The position numbers were made by a program, and so were the translations under genes. Under the pieces are notes generated by a model. It made no database searches, was not told the origin of the DNA, and worked only from the letters and a program-made list of their open reading frames with translations. DNA of 64,000 nt, from contig CBDCCZ010000003.1 in NCBI GenBank assembly GCA_965215005.1, positions 64,001-128,000 of the forward strand. The letters run 5' to 3'. This DNA comes from Kofleriaceae bacterium (GTDB lineage Bacteria; Myxococcota_A; Polyangia; Haliangiales; Haliangiaceae). Below are positions 18,648-29,129 of the stretch, piece by piece (position 1 is the stretch's first letter; every line of letters begins with the position of its first letter).

Positions 18648-21600
18648 ATGTCGATGCGCGATACCCTCACGCCGAGCAACCCCCGAACAACCGACGTGCT
18701 GAGCGCGCAACTGGAAGCGTTTCGCAGGAACCCGACCGACGGAGCGCTGTTTCACGAGCTTCGGGCGGAGCTGCGCAAGAGCGGCCAAGCAGAACCGCTT
18801 GCCGATATCGGCGAGCTTCACGCGCCGCACGAGCGCGATCGGCTGCGCGCCGCCGAAATCTGGAGCGAGGCCGGCGAAGCGCGGCTGGTGCTCGGTCACG
18901 AGCAACAGGGCGAAGCGGATTTGCGCCGGGCTCTCGAGCTCGACCCGGCGAACGAACGCGCGGCGGCACGCCTCACCGAGCTGCTACTGACCGCGGAGCG
19001 ATTCGCAGAGGCTGCCGAGGTTCTCGAGGTCGAAATCGAGGAGCTCGAGCGCCGCGCTGGCGCCTCAAGCGACAGCGCCTCACTCAACGCTCGACGCGGC
19101 CAGCGCCATCGCACGCTGGCGCAGCTTTGGGACGAACGACTTGGCCGCGTTGACTTGGCCCTGCAACACTGGCAGTGCGCCTGGCAGCTCGACCCCGAAT
19201 GCGGCGACGCACTCGAAGCCGCGCGCAACATTTATACGTCGCTGGGCGACGACGCCATGGTGGCCCGGCTTTACGAAGCCGAAATTGCCGCCTTGGCAGC
19301 CGATGCGCCGGCCGAGCGCCGGGCCCGCCTCGAGCACCAGCTCGGGCGAATCTTGCACCGCCAAGGACGAGCAGCGGACGCCGCTGAGCGCCTCGAGCGC
19401 GCGCTCGAGCTCGCGCCGCGCTCCCCACAAATTCGCGAGGCCCTCGCCGAGGTCTATGCCTCCAATGAGCTCGTTGGCGACGAGCAGCATCAGCACCGCG
19501 CTAGCGAGCTGTTCGTCGAGCTCGGCCGGCATCGCCTCAGCACCCAACAAGGCGAGGCCGCGATCGTCTATCTGCGGCGCGCGCTGGGCGTCGATCCATA
19601 TTCGCAAGAAGGCAGCGCCGCGCTCGAAGGAGCGCTTGCCGCCGAAGAGCGCTGGGACGAGCTCGAGCGGCTGTATCGCCACCGCTCGAGTCTCGCCGCG
19701 GATCCTGGTGAGCGGCGCGCCATCACCCACAAGCGCGCCGAGCTCTATGAACGCCAGCTCGGCGATCGCGATGCTCTCAAGACGGCGCTTGCTGAGCTCG
19801 TCGCCGAAGAGGCGCCCGGCGGCGACAGCGCGGCGCGGCTGCGCGATTTGTACCGGCAGGACCAGGACTGGGCGCTGCTCGCCGGCCTCATCGAGCGCGA
19901 GCTGCCGGCCGTCGAGCACGATCGCGCGCGGTTGTGCGCCGAGCTTTTAGAGCTCGCGACCATCGCACGCGAGCATTTGAGCGATCGCGATCGCGCCGCT
20001 GAGCTCTTGCACCGCGTGCTCACCATCGATTCACGCAACGCCGAGGCGCTGGCTCGCTACGGCGAGCACTTCCGCGAGCGCCGCGATTGGCGCGGTTTGG
20101 CCGACTTGCTCGAGTTCGCCCTCGACAATGCCCGCGAAGATGGCGCCACCGCGGAAGAGCTGGTGCGCCAGCTCGAAGACCTCGCCAAGCTCGCTGAGCT
20201 GCGGCTCGGCGACGTCGAGCGAGCCATCAACGCCTGGCGTCGCATTCAGGAACTCGAGCCCGACAACCGTAAAGCGGGCGAAGCGCTGCGGCGGCTGATG
20301 TCGCAGGCAAAGATGTACGAGTCGCTCGTGGGAATGCTCGAGGGCGAAGCAGAGCGCGCGCAGAGTCCCGTCGAGCGCGCCGAAGCGCTGCGCCGCATCG
20401 CTCAGGTGTATCGCGAGCGGCAGGTCAATCCGCGCCGCGCCATCGCGCTGTATGAAGAGGTTCTAGGGCTGTTTCCCCGCGATGAGGCGGTGCTCAAAGC
20501 GCTTTCTGAGCTCTATGAGCGCGAAGGCGATGACGCGGGTCTGGCGCACACGCTGCGCCGGCAGCTCGATCTCGACCTCGAGAAGATGCAAGCCGAGGTC
20601 GACGGCACGCGCGCGATGACGGCTCGCGATTGGCCGGTTGCCAAGCGTTCCCAGCGGCTCACCGCGCTGCGCCGGCTGGCTTCGATGTACGAAGATCGCC
20701 TCGATGACCCCGAAGGCGTGGTGTATGCGTGCACCGGCATCCTCGAGCTCATGCCCGGCGATCGCGATGCGCTCGATCGCATGGAGCGCGTTCTCGACAA
20801 AGCCGGCGATGCCGAGCGTCTCGAGCAGACGCTGGAATATCACGCCTCGTCGGCAACCGGTCCCGCTGAACGCGCCAAAGTCCTTCGCCGCCTAGCGCGG
20901 CTCGCTGCCGATCAGGGCGATGAGGTCAAGGCGATGGAGCGCTGGGAAACCACGCTCAAGGCGGCACCGAGTGATGCGGAGGCGCTGGAAGCGCTGGGCG
21001 CACTTTACGAAGCCCATCAGCGGTGGGGGGAGCTGGCAACCGTGCTCGAGCGCCAGCACGCTTCGCAGAAGCTGCCCACCCCCGGCTCGGCCGCTGCGGC
21101 GCTCGCCGCGGTCGAGCTCAAGCGTTACGCCCACGTGGTGGATGCCGAGCTCGGTGATACCCCGCGGGCGCTGCGCGCGTGGCAGCGAGTGCTCGAGGTT
21201 CAGCCGCGAGACCGGCAAGCACTCGATGCCCTCACGCGGCTCTACGAAACCGCCGGTCGGTGGCGCGACTTAGCCGAAATTCTGGCCACGCAAGCGCCGC
21301 TCTATGTCGACGATGAGCCGCAAAAGGCAGCGGCGGTGGGCCTGCGGCGAGCACGCCTTCTCGAGGAGCGCCTGGGCGCCCCCGCCGAAGCCGCCAAGGC
21401 GCTCGAAGCACTGCTCAGCGACCTCGACCCGGCGAACCTCGATGCTCACAAGGCGCTGCGCCGCCTCTATGAAGCACGCGGCGACTTCGACGCGGCGGTG
21501 CGGATCGCCGAGCGCGAGATGTATCTTGCGACCGAGCCCAGCGAGAAGATCGCTCGTGGGCTGGAAATCGGGCTTCTGTGCCGCGATCGCCTCAGCGACC

Positions 21601-24600
21601 CGAAGCGGGCTCTGCAGGCGTTCGAGCGCGTGCTCGAGCTGTCGGAGGGCCACGAAGAAGCCATCACCGCCGCCGCGGAGCTCTACGCGCGGGTCGGTGA
21701 CTGGGGCAAGCACATCGAGCTGCTCGAGCGTCGCATCGAGCGCCTCGACAGCCCGCGCGCTCGCCGCGGACTGATGTTGCGCATCGCCCAGGTAAGCGCG
21801 GAACGGCTCGAAGATCCCGAGGCCGCTTTCGGCTGGTATCGCGCCGCCCACGAAGCCGCACCCGATGCCACCACCATTGGCGAGCTGCGCCGAGCCGCCG
21901 AAGCCTTTGGCCTGTGGCGCGAGCTAGCGGAGGTGTATCGCGCGGAACGCGATCGCCTGCGCGAGGGCGAGCTCAGTCCGCAGAGCGAGGGCGCCTACGT
22001 TGCTGCCAGCCGCGAGCTCGCGGCGATCATCGAGCATCGGCTCGGCAACCGCGCCGATGCGATGACCGTGCTTCGACAAGCGCTCGAGGTGCGCCCCCTC
22101 GATGACGTGTTGCGCGCGGAGTGTGAGCGCATCGCGCTGGAAGCCGACGAGCCCGAGCTTTGGAAGGAGCTGCTGCAGTGTCTCGACGTGCCGCTCGCGA
22201 CCGCCGACGCGGCAACTCGGGTATCGCTGCATCGTCGTCGGGCGCGCATCCTCGAGGAGCGCCTCGCGGATGGCCAAGGCGCCATCGAAGAGCTGTTGCA
22301 CGCGTTCTCGTGGGCTCCAGAGCGCGATGAGACTCGCCTTGCGCTCTACGATCTGGCGGAGAACACCGGCAACTGGGCCGAGGTCGTCAGCGTCGAGTCT
22401 GCGTTGCTCTTGCGTGCTCCGACCACAGGTCGCCGAATCGAGGCGTTGCGGCGCCGAGCGCACGTGATTGAAGAGCATCTCGCCGACTCCGTGCGCGCGT
22501 TTCGCACCCATTTGGTCGCGTTCTTGCTCGCGCCGCAGGACAGCGAGACCGTGGCGCATCTGTGGCGGCTGGCGCGCCAAATTGACCGCTATCGCGAAGC
22601 CGACAAGACGCCGCGGCCGGAGCCCGCCCCCGCCTTCGTGCAGTCGCCCGCGGCAATCACGGCGATCAACCGCGCCGCCATGCGCCCCAGCAAGCGCCAC
22701 AGCCGCTTGGCGACGCAAGAGCTGAGCGTGGATGATCTGCTGCCGAACTCGATGCGACCACCTTCCGCTGACTTCGTCGATGACGATGCCGAGGATGCGG
22801 AATGGAGTCAGCGAAAGCTGGGAGTGGGCGACTCGACCATGCCCATCGACGTTGGCGACCTCGAGGATATCGTCGAGGTCGAGAGCGGCGCTCAGAAGCC
22901 GCATCGAGATGATCCAACGATCGAGCTGCGCACCGAAGATCTCATCGGGGCCCTGGGCGCGCGCCGCAGCTCCGGCCGTCCTGGCCTTCCCGGCCTCACG
23001 CCGCGCGACAACGCACCACCGCCGCCACCGAAGAAGGCGCTCAAGCGAGTCTCGCCACCGCCGGCGCCCGCACCGCTGCCCTTGCTACAAACGCTGCCTG
23101 TGCGCCCGTATCAGTCGCCGTGGGAAGAGCTGGCAACGGGTTACGAGCGTTTGCCCGCGAGCACCGCGGACGGCAAGCTGCGGTGGATCTTTCGCGCCGC
23201 CGAGGTGTGGGAAACCGGCGCCGGCGAAATCGGCCGCGCCTTCGATACCCTGTCGCTGGCGCTCGAGCTGTGTGAAGGCGATGACGCGGAGCCACGCGCG
23301 CGGTTGCATCGGCTCGCTGCCGCTCACGACGCCTGGGATCGGCTCGCCGCGCTCTACGAGAACGCCGCCGAGGAGGCCCGCACCGGCGAGGCAGCGGTGA
23401 ACTTGCTGATGGAGGTTGGCGAGATTCGCGCGCGGCAAGGCCGCGATGCCGAAACCGAGGCGACCTATCGCCGGATTCTCGGCATGCGCCCCGATGATGC
23501 CGTCGCGCGCGAGCGCCTCGAGGCCCTCTATCGACGCGCCGACCGCTGGGTAGATCTCGCCGCGTCGCTCGAAGAACGAACCGACCCTCGCTTGGGAACC
23601 GCGGCTCCCGAGCCGGAGCGTCCGGCGCTCCTGCGCGAGCTGGCGGCGATGTATCGCGATCGACTCGGCCGCCCGCACGATGCCATCGATGCACTCAATC
23701 GCCTGCGGCAGCTCGCCCCCGAGGACATCGAGCTGCTGCGCGAGTTGGCCGAGCTCTACGCCACCATCGGGCGCTGGAGCAAAGTCATCACCATGCTCGG
23801 ACGCATCGCCGAAATTGCCGACGGCGGCGAGGCAAAGAGCGCGCTGCGGCGCATCGCCGAGATTTACGAACGCGAGCTCGAGCTGCCAGATCGCGCAATC
23901 GAAGCGTACACGCAGCTGGTATCGTCTTGGCCCGACGATACCGACGCCTACGCCGCCCTCGATAGCCTCTATCAATCGCACGGCCGCTGGCACGAGCTTT
24001 CAGAGATCCTCCGGCGGCGTGCTGGACTGGCGCGTGATCCGCAAGAGCGTTCACGGCTGCTGCGACGCCGCGCTCAGGTGTTGCTCGAGTGGCTCGATGC
24101 GCCGGAGGAAGCGGCGGCGGCACTGCGCCACGCTCGCACCATCACGCCCGATGACGTGGAGCTCGCGGGAGAGCTGGTCGCGGCGCTCATCGCTGCGCAC
24201 CGCGAGCGGGAAGCAGCGGCGGTGCTCGAGGCCCGCATCGCCAGCTTGGACGATAGCGGCGGGCGCGGCGACAAGGCAGCCCTGCTGATTCGGCTCGCCA
24301 ACCTGCGCGCCGAGCATCTCGCCGATGCCGATGGTGCGCGGCGTGCGCTGGAGCAAGCGCTCGAGGAAGTTCCCGAGCATCCCACCGCGCTCACGACGTT
24401 GGCGCGCCTGGCCGAGAATCAAGAAGATCCGCGCGCCTTTGCCGAGGCCAAGTTGCGCGAAGCCGATGCCCTCACCGATGTCGATGCCCGCGTCGAAGCG
24501 CTCATGGCAGCCGGCATCGCGCTGCGCGACCGGGTCGCCGATGCCGACGCTGCGCGTGCTGCGTTCGCCAAAGTGATCGAGCTGCGCCCGTATCACTCGC

Positions 24601-27029
24601 GCGCCACCTGGGCGCTAGCGGGATTGGTCGAGCAAGGCGGTGACCTCGAGACCGCGACGCGGCTGCTCGAAGCGCGCCTTGAGGATCCAGCCGTCGAGGC
24701 GGAGGAGCGCGCGCTCATTCTCACCCAACTCGCAGCACTGGCGCGTCATGCTGGGGTTGCCGCGGTTGCCGAACGCCGCCTCGATGAGGCGCTCGCGGTA
24801 GCTCCTAGCCATCTTCCCGCGGTGCTTGCGCTGAGCGACATGCTCACCGAGGCCGGGCGCCAGAGCGATCTCGAGGAGTTTTTGCTCGAGACCATTCCCA
24901 AGCTCGAAGACGCGCCGCCGGCGGCGCTCGCTGAGCTCCATCGCCGGCTCGCGGCGGTCTACGAAACGCTTGGCCGCAGCGACGACGCCTATCAAACGCT
25001 GCTCAGTGCCGATCGGCTGCACCGCAACCACCTTCTCGTCAAGCTCGCGCTCGGCGAGAACCGCTATCGCGCGCGACGCTGGCGCGAAGCAGCGCTGCAT
25101 CTCGCAACGCTTGCCGACCATCCCGATGCCGGCAAGTTTCCCGCCGAGGTCGCCGAAGGCCTTTACCACGCCGCTCTCGCCGAAATTCGCTCGCTGCGGC
25201 CGGAGAAGGCGGGTGCTCTCTACGAGCGCGCGGTCGAGCTCAAGCCAAACTACACCCCCGCGTTACACGCTCTGGCCGAGCAGGCGATGGAGCGCGGCGA
25301 TCATCGTCGCGCCGCCGATTTGTTGACCCGCCAAGCCACCGCTACCGACGAGCCGGGCGAGCGCATGCGCCTGTTCGAAGCGCTTGGTGATATGGCGCTG
25401 ATGACCTTGCACGATGAGGATCGCGCTCGAGTCTGCTTCGAGGCAGCCGTGCAAGCGGCATCTCCGCTCGAGTCGCAGCATCTGCCACTGCTGGAGAAGC
25501 TTCTCGAGCGGCAAGACCTCGCGGGCGATCATGCCGGCGCCGCGCGCACCGCTGAGCTCATGGCTTCGTTTGGCAGCGATGAAAGCGCCCGCGCCGCTCG
25601 CTATACCGCGGCGGCCGAGAGTTACGCCGCCGCCGGCGATAGCACGCGCGCGCGCCTCGCCGCCGAGCGCGCCGTGGAAGCCCATCCCTACGACCTCACG
25701 GCGGTCACCGTGCTCGCAAATCTGCTCCTGGAAGAAGCCGACCACGAAGCCGCCGCGGCGATCCTCGGTCGCGCGCTCTCCGGCTCCGATGACGCCGATG
25801 ACGAGCTGACCCGGGCACGCAAAGCCCAGCTGTGGGTCCGCTTAGGGCAAGCACGGCTGGAGCGCGGCGACGTCGGCGGCGCCAGCTCGGCACTGGAGAA
25901 GGCCGTATTTCTGGCCCCGGACTCCGACGGCGCCATGCAAGCCCGACGACATCTAGTCGAGGTGTGGAAAGACGAGCCCAAGCGAGCCGAGGCAGTCATC
26001 GACTATCGCCGGGAGCTCGCGGCCGACAGTCTCGAGCTCGCAGATGTGCTCGCCTATGCTCGCATGCTTCGTCGGGCCGGCCACGGCGACGGCGGCCGCG
26101 CCATGCTCGAGGTCGCCACCACGCTCGGCCACACCCTCGATGTACACGACAGCGCGTTCTTGGCCGATCATCCCGCCGCGCATCTCGCCGAAGACGAAGC
26201 CTATCGCGGCACCCTCGATGAGGAGCTTCGCGCGGCCCTCATCGCCGACCGCGATGAGCAGCCACTCGGCGAGCTCCTAGCAATGCTATGGCAAGCGGCG
26301 CCGCTGCTTTGGACCGAGGCCGAGGAAGCACTCGAGCGCTGCGGCGTGGTCGGCGCCACCCGCGTCACCGCCAAATCCGCGGCGCCGGCGATCAACATCT
26401 TTCCGCGCGTGGCCGCCGCACTCGGACTTGGCGCGACGTTGCTCTATCACACCGAGCTTCCCGACGCCCCGGACGTGCAAGTCGTCTGTGTCGCGCCTCC
26501 CATCATCGTGCTGGGGCCAAGACTCACGGCCGCCAGCGAGCGGCCTAGCGATGCACAGCTGCGGTTTCTTTTGGGGCGAGCCGCCGAAATGGCGCGACCC
26601 GAGCGCGTCATCGCCATGGGGCTTCCCGAAGAGGATTTCATCAACCTACTCGCATCGCTGGTTCGCTGCTTTGGCCCGCCCGGCCTTGCCGCCAGCATTG
26701 GCAGCGGCATCGACGACCGCGACGTCATGCGCGCGCACGACGCGCTGTTGCGCACCACGTTGCCGGTAAAGCTGCGCACGCGGCTCGAGCAGCTGCTCGC
26801 GCATCGTCGCGCCGGCGACCTCTCAGCCGAGCGTTTCTTCGCCGCCGCCGATCGCGCCGCCGATCGCGCCGGTCTCTTGGTGTGCGGCGATTTCGCCACC
26901 GCCACCGCTCACGCCGGCGCCACCAGCGCCGAGGGCCGACGACTGACGCGACATCTCGTCCAGACCGCTCTGTCTCGCGCCTACTTGCCAGCGCGCGCCC
27001 GCCTAGGAGTCGGCGTTCGCAGCGCCTAG
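18648..27029 (+). CDS. Giant TPR-repeat protein (about 2790 aa), AgmK/GltI-like myxobacterial family
   Basis: Dozens of TPR units (ALELDP...A...L..LY...W); Pro/acidic linker in the middle; C-terminal LRFLLGR...ADRAGLLVCGD region; start moved to ATG 18648. Confidence 0.85.
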   Translation: MSMRDTLTPSNPRTTDVLSAQLEAFRRNPTDGALFHELRAELRKSGQAEPLADIGELHAPHERDRLRAAEIWSEAGEARLVLGHEQQGEADLRRALELDPANERAAARLTELLLTAERFAEAAEVLEVEIEELERRAGASSDSASLNARRGQRHRTLAQLWDERLGRVDLALQHWQCAWQLDPECGDALEAARNIYTSLGDDAMVARLYEAEIAALAADAPAERRARLEHQLGRILHRQGRAADAAERLERALELAPRSPQIREALAEVYASNELVGDEQHQHRASELFVELGRHRLSTQQGEAAIVYLRRALGVDPYSQEGSAALEGALAAEERWDELERLYRHRSSLAADPGERRAITHKRAELYERQLGDRDALKTALAELVAEEAPGGDSAARLRDLYRQDQDWALLAGLIERELPAVEHDRARLCAELLELATIAREHLSDRDRAAELLHRVLTIDSRNAEALARYGEHFRERRDWRGLADLLEFALDNAREDGATAEELVRQLEDLAKLAELRLGDVERAINAWRRIQELEPDNRKAGEALRRLMSQAKMYESLVGMLEGEAERAQSPVERAEALRRIAQVYRERQVNPRRAIALYEEVLGLFPRDEAVLKALSELYEREGDDAGLAHTLRRQLDLDLEKMQAEVDGTRAMTARDWPVAKRSQRLTALRRLASMYEDRLDDPEGVVYACTGILELMPGDRDALDRMERVLDKAGDAERLEQTLEYHASSATGPAERAKVLRRLARLAADQGDEVKAMERWETTLKAAPSDAEALEALGALYEAHQRWGELATVLERQHASQKLPTPGSAAAALAAVELKRYAHVVDAELGDTPRALRAWQRVLEVQPRDRQALDALTRLYETAGRWRDLAEILATQAPLYVDDEPQKAAAVGLRRARLLEERLGAPAEAAKALEALLSDLDPANLDAHKALRRLYEARGDFDAAVRIAEREMYLATEPSEKIARGLEIGLLCRDRLSDPKRALQAFERVLELSEGHEEAITAAAELYARVGDWGKHIELLERRIERLDSPRARRGLMLRIAQVSAERLEDPEAAFGWYRAAHEAAPDATTIGELRRAAEAFGLWRELAEVYRAERDRLREGELSPQSEGAYVAASRELAAIIEHRLGNRADAMTVLRQALEVRPLDDVLRAECERIALEADEPELWKELLQCLDVPLATADAATRVSLHRRRARILEERLADGQGAIEELLHAFSWAPERDETRLALYDLAENTGNWAEVVSVESALLLRAPTTGRRIEALRRRAHVIEEHLADSVRAFRTHLVAFLLAPQDSETVAHLWRLARQIDRYREADKTPRPEPAPAFVQSPAAITAINRAAMRPSKRHSRLATQELSVDDLLPNSMRPPSADFVDDDAEDAEWSQRKLGVGDSTMPIDVGDLEDIVEVESGAQKPHRDDPTIELRTEDLIGALGARRSSGRPGLPGLTPRDNAPPPPPKKALKRVSPPPAPAPLPLLQTLPVRPYQSPWEELATGYERLPASTADGKLRWIFRAAEVWETGAGEIGRAFDTLSLALELCEGDDAEPRARLHRLAAAHDAWDRLAALYENAAEEARTGEAAVNLLMEVGEIRARQGRDAETEATYRRILGMRPDDAVARERLEALYRRADRWVDLAASLEERTDPRLGTAAPEPERPALLRELAAMYRDRLGRPHDAIDALNRLRQLAPEDIELLRELAELYATIGRWSKVITMLGRIAEIADGGEAKSALRRIAEIYERELELPDRAIEAYTQLVSSWPDDTDAYAALDSLYQSHGRWHELSEILRRRAGLARDPQERSRLLRRRAQVLLEWLDAPEEAAAALRHARTITPDDVELAGELVAALIAAHREREAAAVLEARIASLDDSGGRGDKAALLIRLANLRAEHLADADGARRALEQALEEVPEHPTALTTLARLAENQEDPRAFAEAKLREADALTDVDARVEALMAAGIALRDRVADADAARAAFAKVIELRPYHSRATWALAGLVEQGGDLETATRLLEARLEDPAVEAEERALILTQLAALARHAGVAAVAERRLDEALAVAPSHLPAVLALSDMLTEAGRQSDLEEFLLETIPKLEDAPPAALAELHRRLAAVYETLGRSDDAYQTLLSADRLHRNHLLVKLALGENRYRARRWREAALHLATLADHPDAGKFPAEVAEGLYHAALAEIRSLRPEKAGALYERAVELKPNYTPALHALAEQAMERGDHRRAADLLTRQATATDEPGERMRLFEALGDMALMTLHDEDRARVCFEAAVQAASPLESQHLPLLEKLLERQDLAGDHAGAARTAELMASFGSDESARAARYTAAAESYAAAGDSTRARLAAERAVEAHPYDLTAVTVLANLLLEEADHEAAAAILGRALSGSDDADDELTRARKAQLWVRLGQARLERGDVGGASSALEKAVFLAPDSDGAMQARRHLVEVWKDEPKRAEAVIDYRRELAADSLELADVLAYARMLRRAGHGDGGRAMLEVATTLGHTLDVHDSAFLADHPAAHLAEDEAYRGTLDEELRAALIADRDEQPLGELLAMLWQAAPLLWTEAEEALERCGVVGATRVTAKSAAPAINIFPRVAAALGLGATLLYHTELPDAPDVQVVCVAPPIIVLGPRLTAASERPSDAQLRFLLGRAAEMARPERVIAMGLPEEDFINLLASLVRCFGPPGLAASIGSGIDDRDVMRAHDALLRTTLPVKLRTRLEQLLAHRRAGDLSAERFFAAADRAADRAGLLVCGDFATATAHAGATSAEGRRLTRHLVQTALSRAYLPARARLGVGVRSA

Positions 27030-27078
27030 CGGTTCACGGCGGAAGTCGTAAATCGTTAGAAAAACAATAATCGCCTAG
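27026..27078 (+). repeat. CTAG-palindrome REP-like element, copy 2 (degenerate)
   Basis: CTAGCGGTTCACGGCGGAAGTCGTAAATCGTTAGAAAAACAATAATCGCCTAG; includes the TAG stop of the TPR gene. Confidence 0.8.
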
Positions 27079-27079
27079 C

Positions 27080-27547
27080 TCACAGCCGTGCCCGCCGCCC
27101 GCTGTGCTGCTCGATTAGGCTGCGCAGGTACTTCGCCAGAGCGATCACCTCGCGGTCGTCATCGTCGTGGTGAACATACGTGACGTAGAGCTCGTGCTCG
27201 TCTTCGCCGGGTACACGCAGCCGCAACACCACTCCGCCCTCGTCGTCATCGAGCGCGCCTTCGTCCCGCGTGGGTACATCGACGAGATCGACCAGCTGCC
27301 ATAGCCGTTTGATTTCGCGCTCGGTGAGCCGGTAGGTGCCGAGGTCTTCGAAGCGTTGGCCGCTCGAATAGGCAACCCACATCGAGTTGCCGCGGAGTCG
27401 GATCGTCCATTCGCTCTTGGGCTTGATGCTCACGAAGTCGAAGGAGTGCCCGTTGACCTCGCCTCGCGGCTGCTCCGCCGGCGCCACTGGCTGGGCGCCG
27501 CAACCGGAGCTCGCGATTATTAAGATCGTCATCAGCAGCGCCCGCAC
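27080..27547 (-). CDS. Hypothetical lipoprotein
   Basis: MRALLMTILIIASSGC signal/lipobox; globular composition; GTG start assumed. Confidence 0.65.
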   Translation of the reverse strand: MRALLMTILIIASSGCGAQPVAPAEQPRGEVNGHSFDFVSIKPKSEWTIRLRGNSMWVAYSSGQRFEDLGTYRLTEREIKRLWQLVDLVDVPTRDEGALDDDEGGVVLRLRVPGEDEHELYVTYVHHDDDDREVIALAKYLRSLIEQHSGRRARL

Positions 27548-27762
27548 GCATCCATCATGAAGCAAAACGCGGGCCCTAGGAAAGGCCCACCGAAGCGCCG
27601 CGCGCCGCTCCTTACCCGGGGCCGTGCGCCCCAGTTGTCGGCGTTGCTAAACATGTAGGTGACAGGCCCAGAGTTGCCCGCAAGGCGGCAAAGATTGGCG
27701 TTGTGCCGGCGGCCGCGGGTCAACATCGAGGCACCCGGCTTCCGCGCTGCTATGGTCGCGCC

Positions 27763-29121
27763 GTGCCACGCGCGCTTCGGTTACCTCCGGGACCTCCTGC
27801 CCGCCGCGGCGGCGTGCTTGGCAACGCGGCTTACTACCTGCGCTTCGTCGCCGACCCGCTCGCCTTCGTCGGCGCGCGCTTCGACCGTTACGGCGACCTC
27901 TACTGCGCGCCCAACCCCGATGGGCTGTTGTTCGTGTTGCGCCACCCCGATCACTTGCGCGAGGTGCTGGCGCAGAAGAGCGGCGTCTATCGCAAGACGC
28001 ATAGTCTGTTCGATCGGCTCGCGCGCGTGCTCGGTAACGGATTGGTAACGACTGACGGCGACGTATGGCGACGCCATCGGCGGATGATTCAGCCAGCGTT
28101 TCACCGCGACCGTCTCGAGGATTACGCCGAGCCCATCGTCGAGGAAGCCGAGCGGGCTACCGAGCAGTGGCAGAGCGGCACCATCCGCGATGTCGGCGCC
28201 GATCTGATGGCGCTCACGCTGCGCATCGTGAGCCGGCTGCTGTTCTCCCACGATGCCTCTTCCGACATCGCCACCGTCGCCGCGGTCATGGCGGAGTTCC
28301 AACGAGCCATCGCGCGTCCCGAATTGGCGCCGCCGTGGCTGCCGAGCCCGCAACGTCGGCGGATTCAGCGCGCCACCACCGCGCTGGATACGATGCTCTT
28401 CGGCATGGTCGATGCCCGTCGGCGCGCTTTGGCCGCAGGCGGTGAGCGGCCCCGCGATCTCTTACAGCGCCTCATCGATGCGGTCGATGAGCAAGATGGC
28501 GCGGGCCTCAGCCGCCAAGAGCTCCGCGATGAGCTGGTCACGCTGCTGCTCGCCGGCCACGAGACCACCTCGCACGCGCTGTCTTGGACTCTCTATTTAT
28601 TGGCCGAGCATCCCGCGGAAACCGCCTTGCTGACCGCAGAGCTCGATTCTCGGTTGCATGACAGAGTGCCGAAGCTCGCCGATCTCGCAACGCTGCCGCG
28701 TACCGGATGGGCCGTGGAAGAAGCGATGCGGCTGTATCCGCCGGCTTACATGCTCGCGCGTCGCGCGGCGGCCGATACCACCATCGGCGGCTATGAGGTC
28801 CCCTGCGGCAGCGAGATCACCATGTGGACCTATTTCACCCATCGCGATGCGCGGTGGTTTCCCGAGCCCACCGCCTTCCGCCCCACGCGGTTCGAGAGCG
28901 CGGCTCGGCAAGCGCTTCCCAAGCTCGCGTATCTGCCGTTTGGCGGCGGCCCACGCGCGTGCATCGGCGCGCAGCTCGCGCTACTAGAAGCTCGTCTGAT
29001 CCTCGCTTCGTGGCTGCGGCGGTGGCGTTTTGAGCGGCTACCTGAGCAGCAAGTGCAGCCGCAGCCGCGCATTACGCTGCGGCCCAAGCACGGCTTGCGG
29101 ATGCGCGTTACTCGCCGCTGA
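27763..29121 (+). CDS. Cytochrome P450
   Basis: LPPGP, AGHETT, EAMRLYPP (ExxR), FRPTRF, FGGGPRACIG heme ligand; start moved to GTG 27763. Confidence 0.95.
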   Translation: MPRALRLPPGPPARRGGVLGNAAYYLRFVADPLAFVGARFDRYGDLYCAPNPDGLLFVLRHPDHLREVLAQKSGVYRKTHSLFDRLARVLGNGLVTTDGDVWRRHRRMIQPAFHRDRLEDYAEPIVEEAERATEQWQSGTIRDVGADLMALTLRIVSRLLFSHDASSDIATVAAVMAEFQRAIARPELAPPWLPSPQRRRIQRATTALDTMLFGMVDARRRALAAGGERPRDLLQRLIDAVDEQDGAGLSRQELRDELVTLLLAGHETTSHALSWTLYLLAEHPAETALLTAELDSRLHDRVPKLADLATLPRTGWAVEEAMRLYPPAYMLARRAAADTTIGGYEVPCGSEITMWTYFTHRDARWFPEPTAFRPTRFESAARQALPKLAYLPFGGGPRACIGAQLALLEARLILASWLRRWRFERLPEQQVQPQPRITLRPKHGLRMRVTRR

Positions 29122-29129
29122 AACTGCGG

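Noticed and set aside
18639..26905. Numerous antisense and alternate-frame ORFs inside the giant TPR gene (and similar ones throughout the window)
   Set aside because: Arg/Ser/Ala-rich shadow frames that fully overlap well-supported genes.
27581..27595. 15-mer identical to the left arm of the terminator at 2996-3010
   Set aside because: No right arm; a single 15-bp match is plausible by chance in 64 kb of GC-rich DNA.
27763..29121. P450 as tailoring enzyme of the scy-like or PKS clusters
   Set aside because: It lies 14-16 kb from either cluster, separated by unrelated genes; nothing links them.
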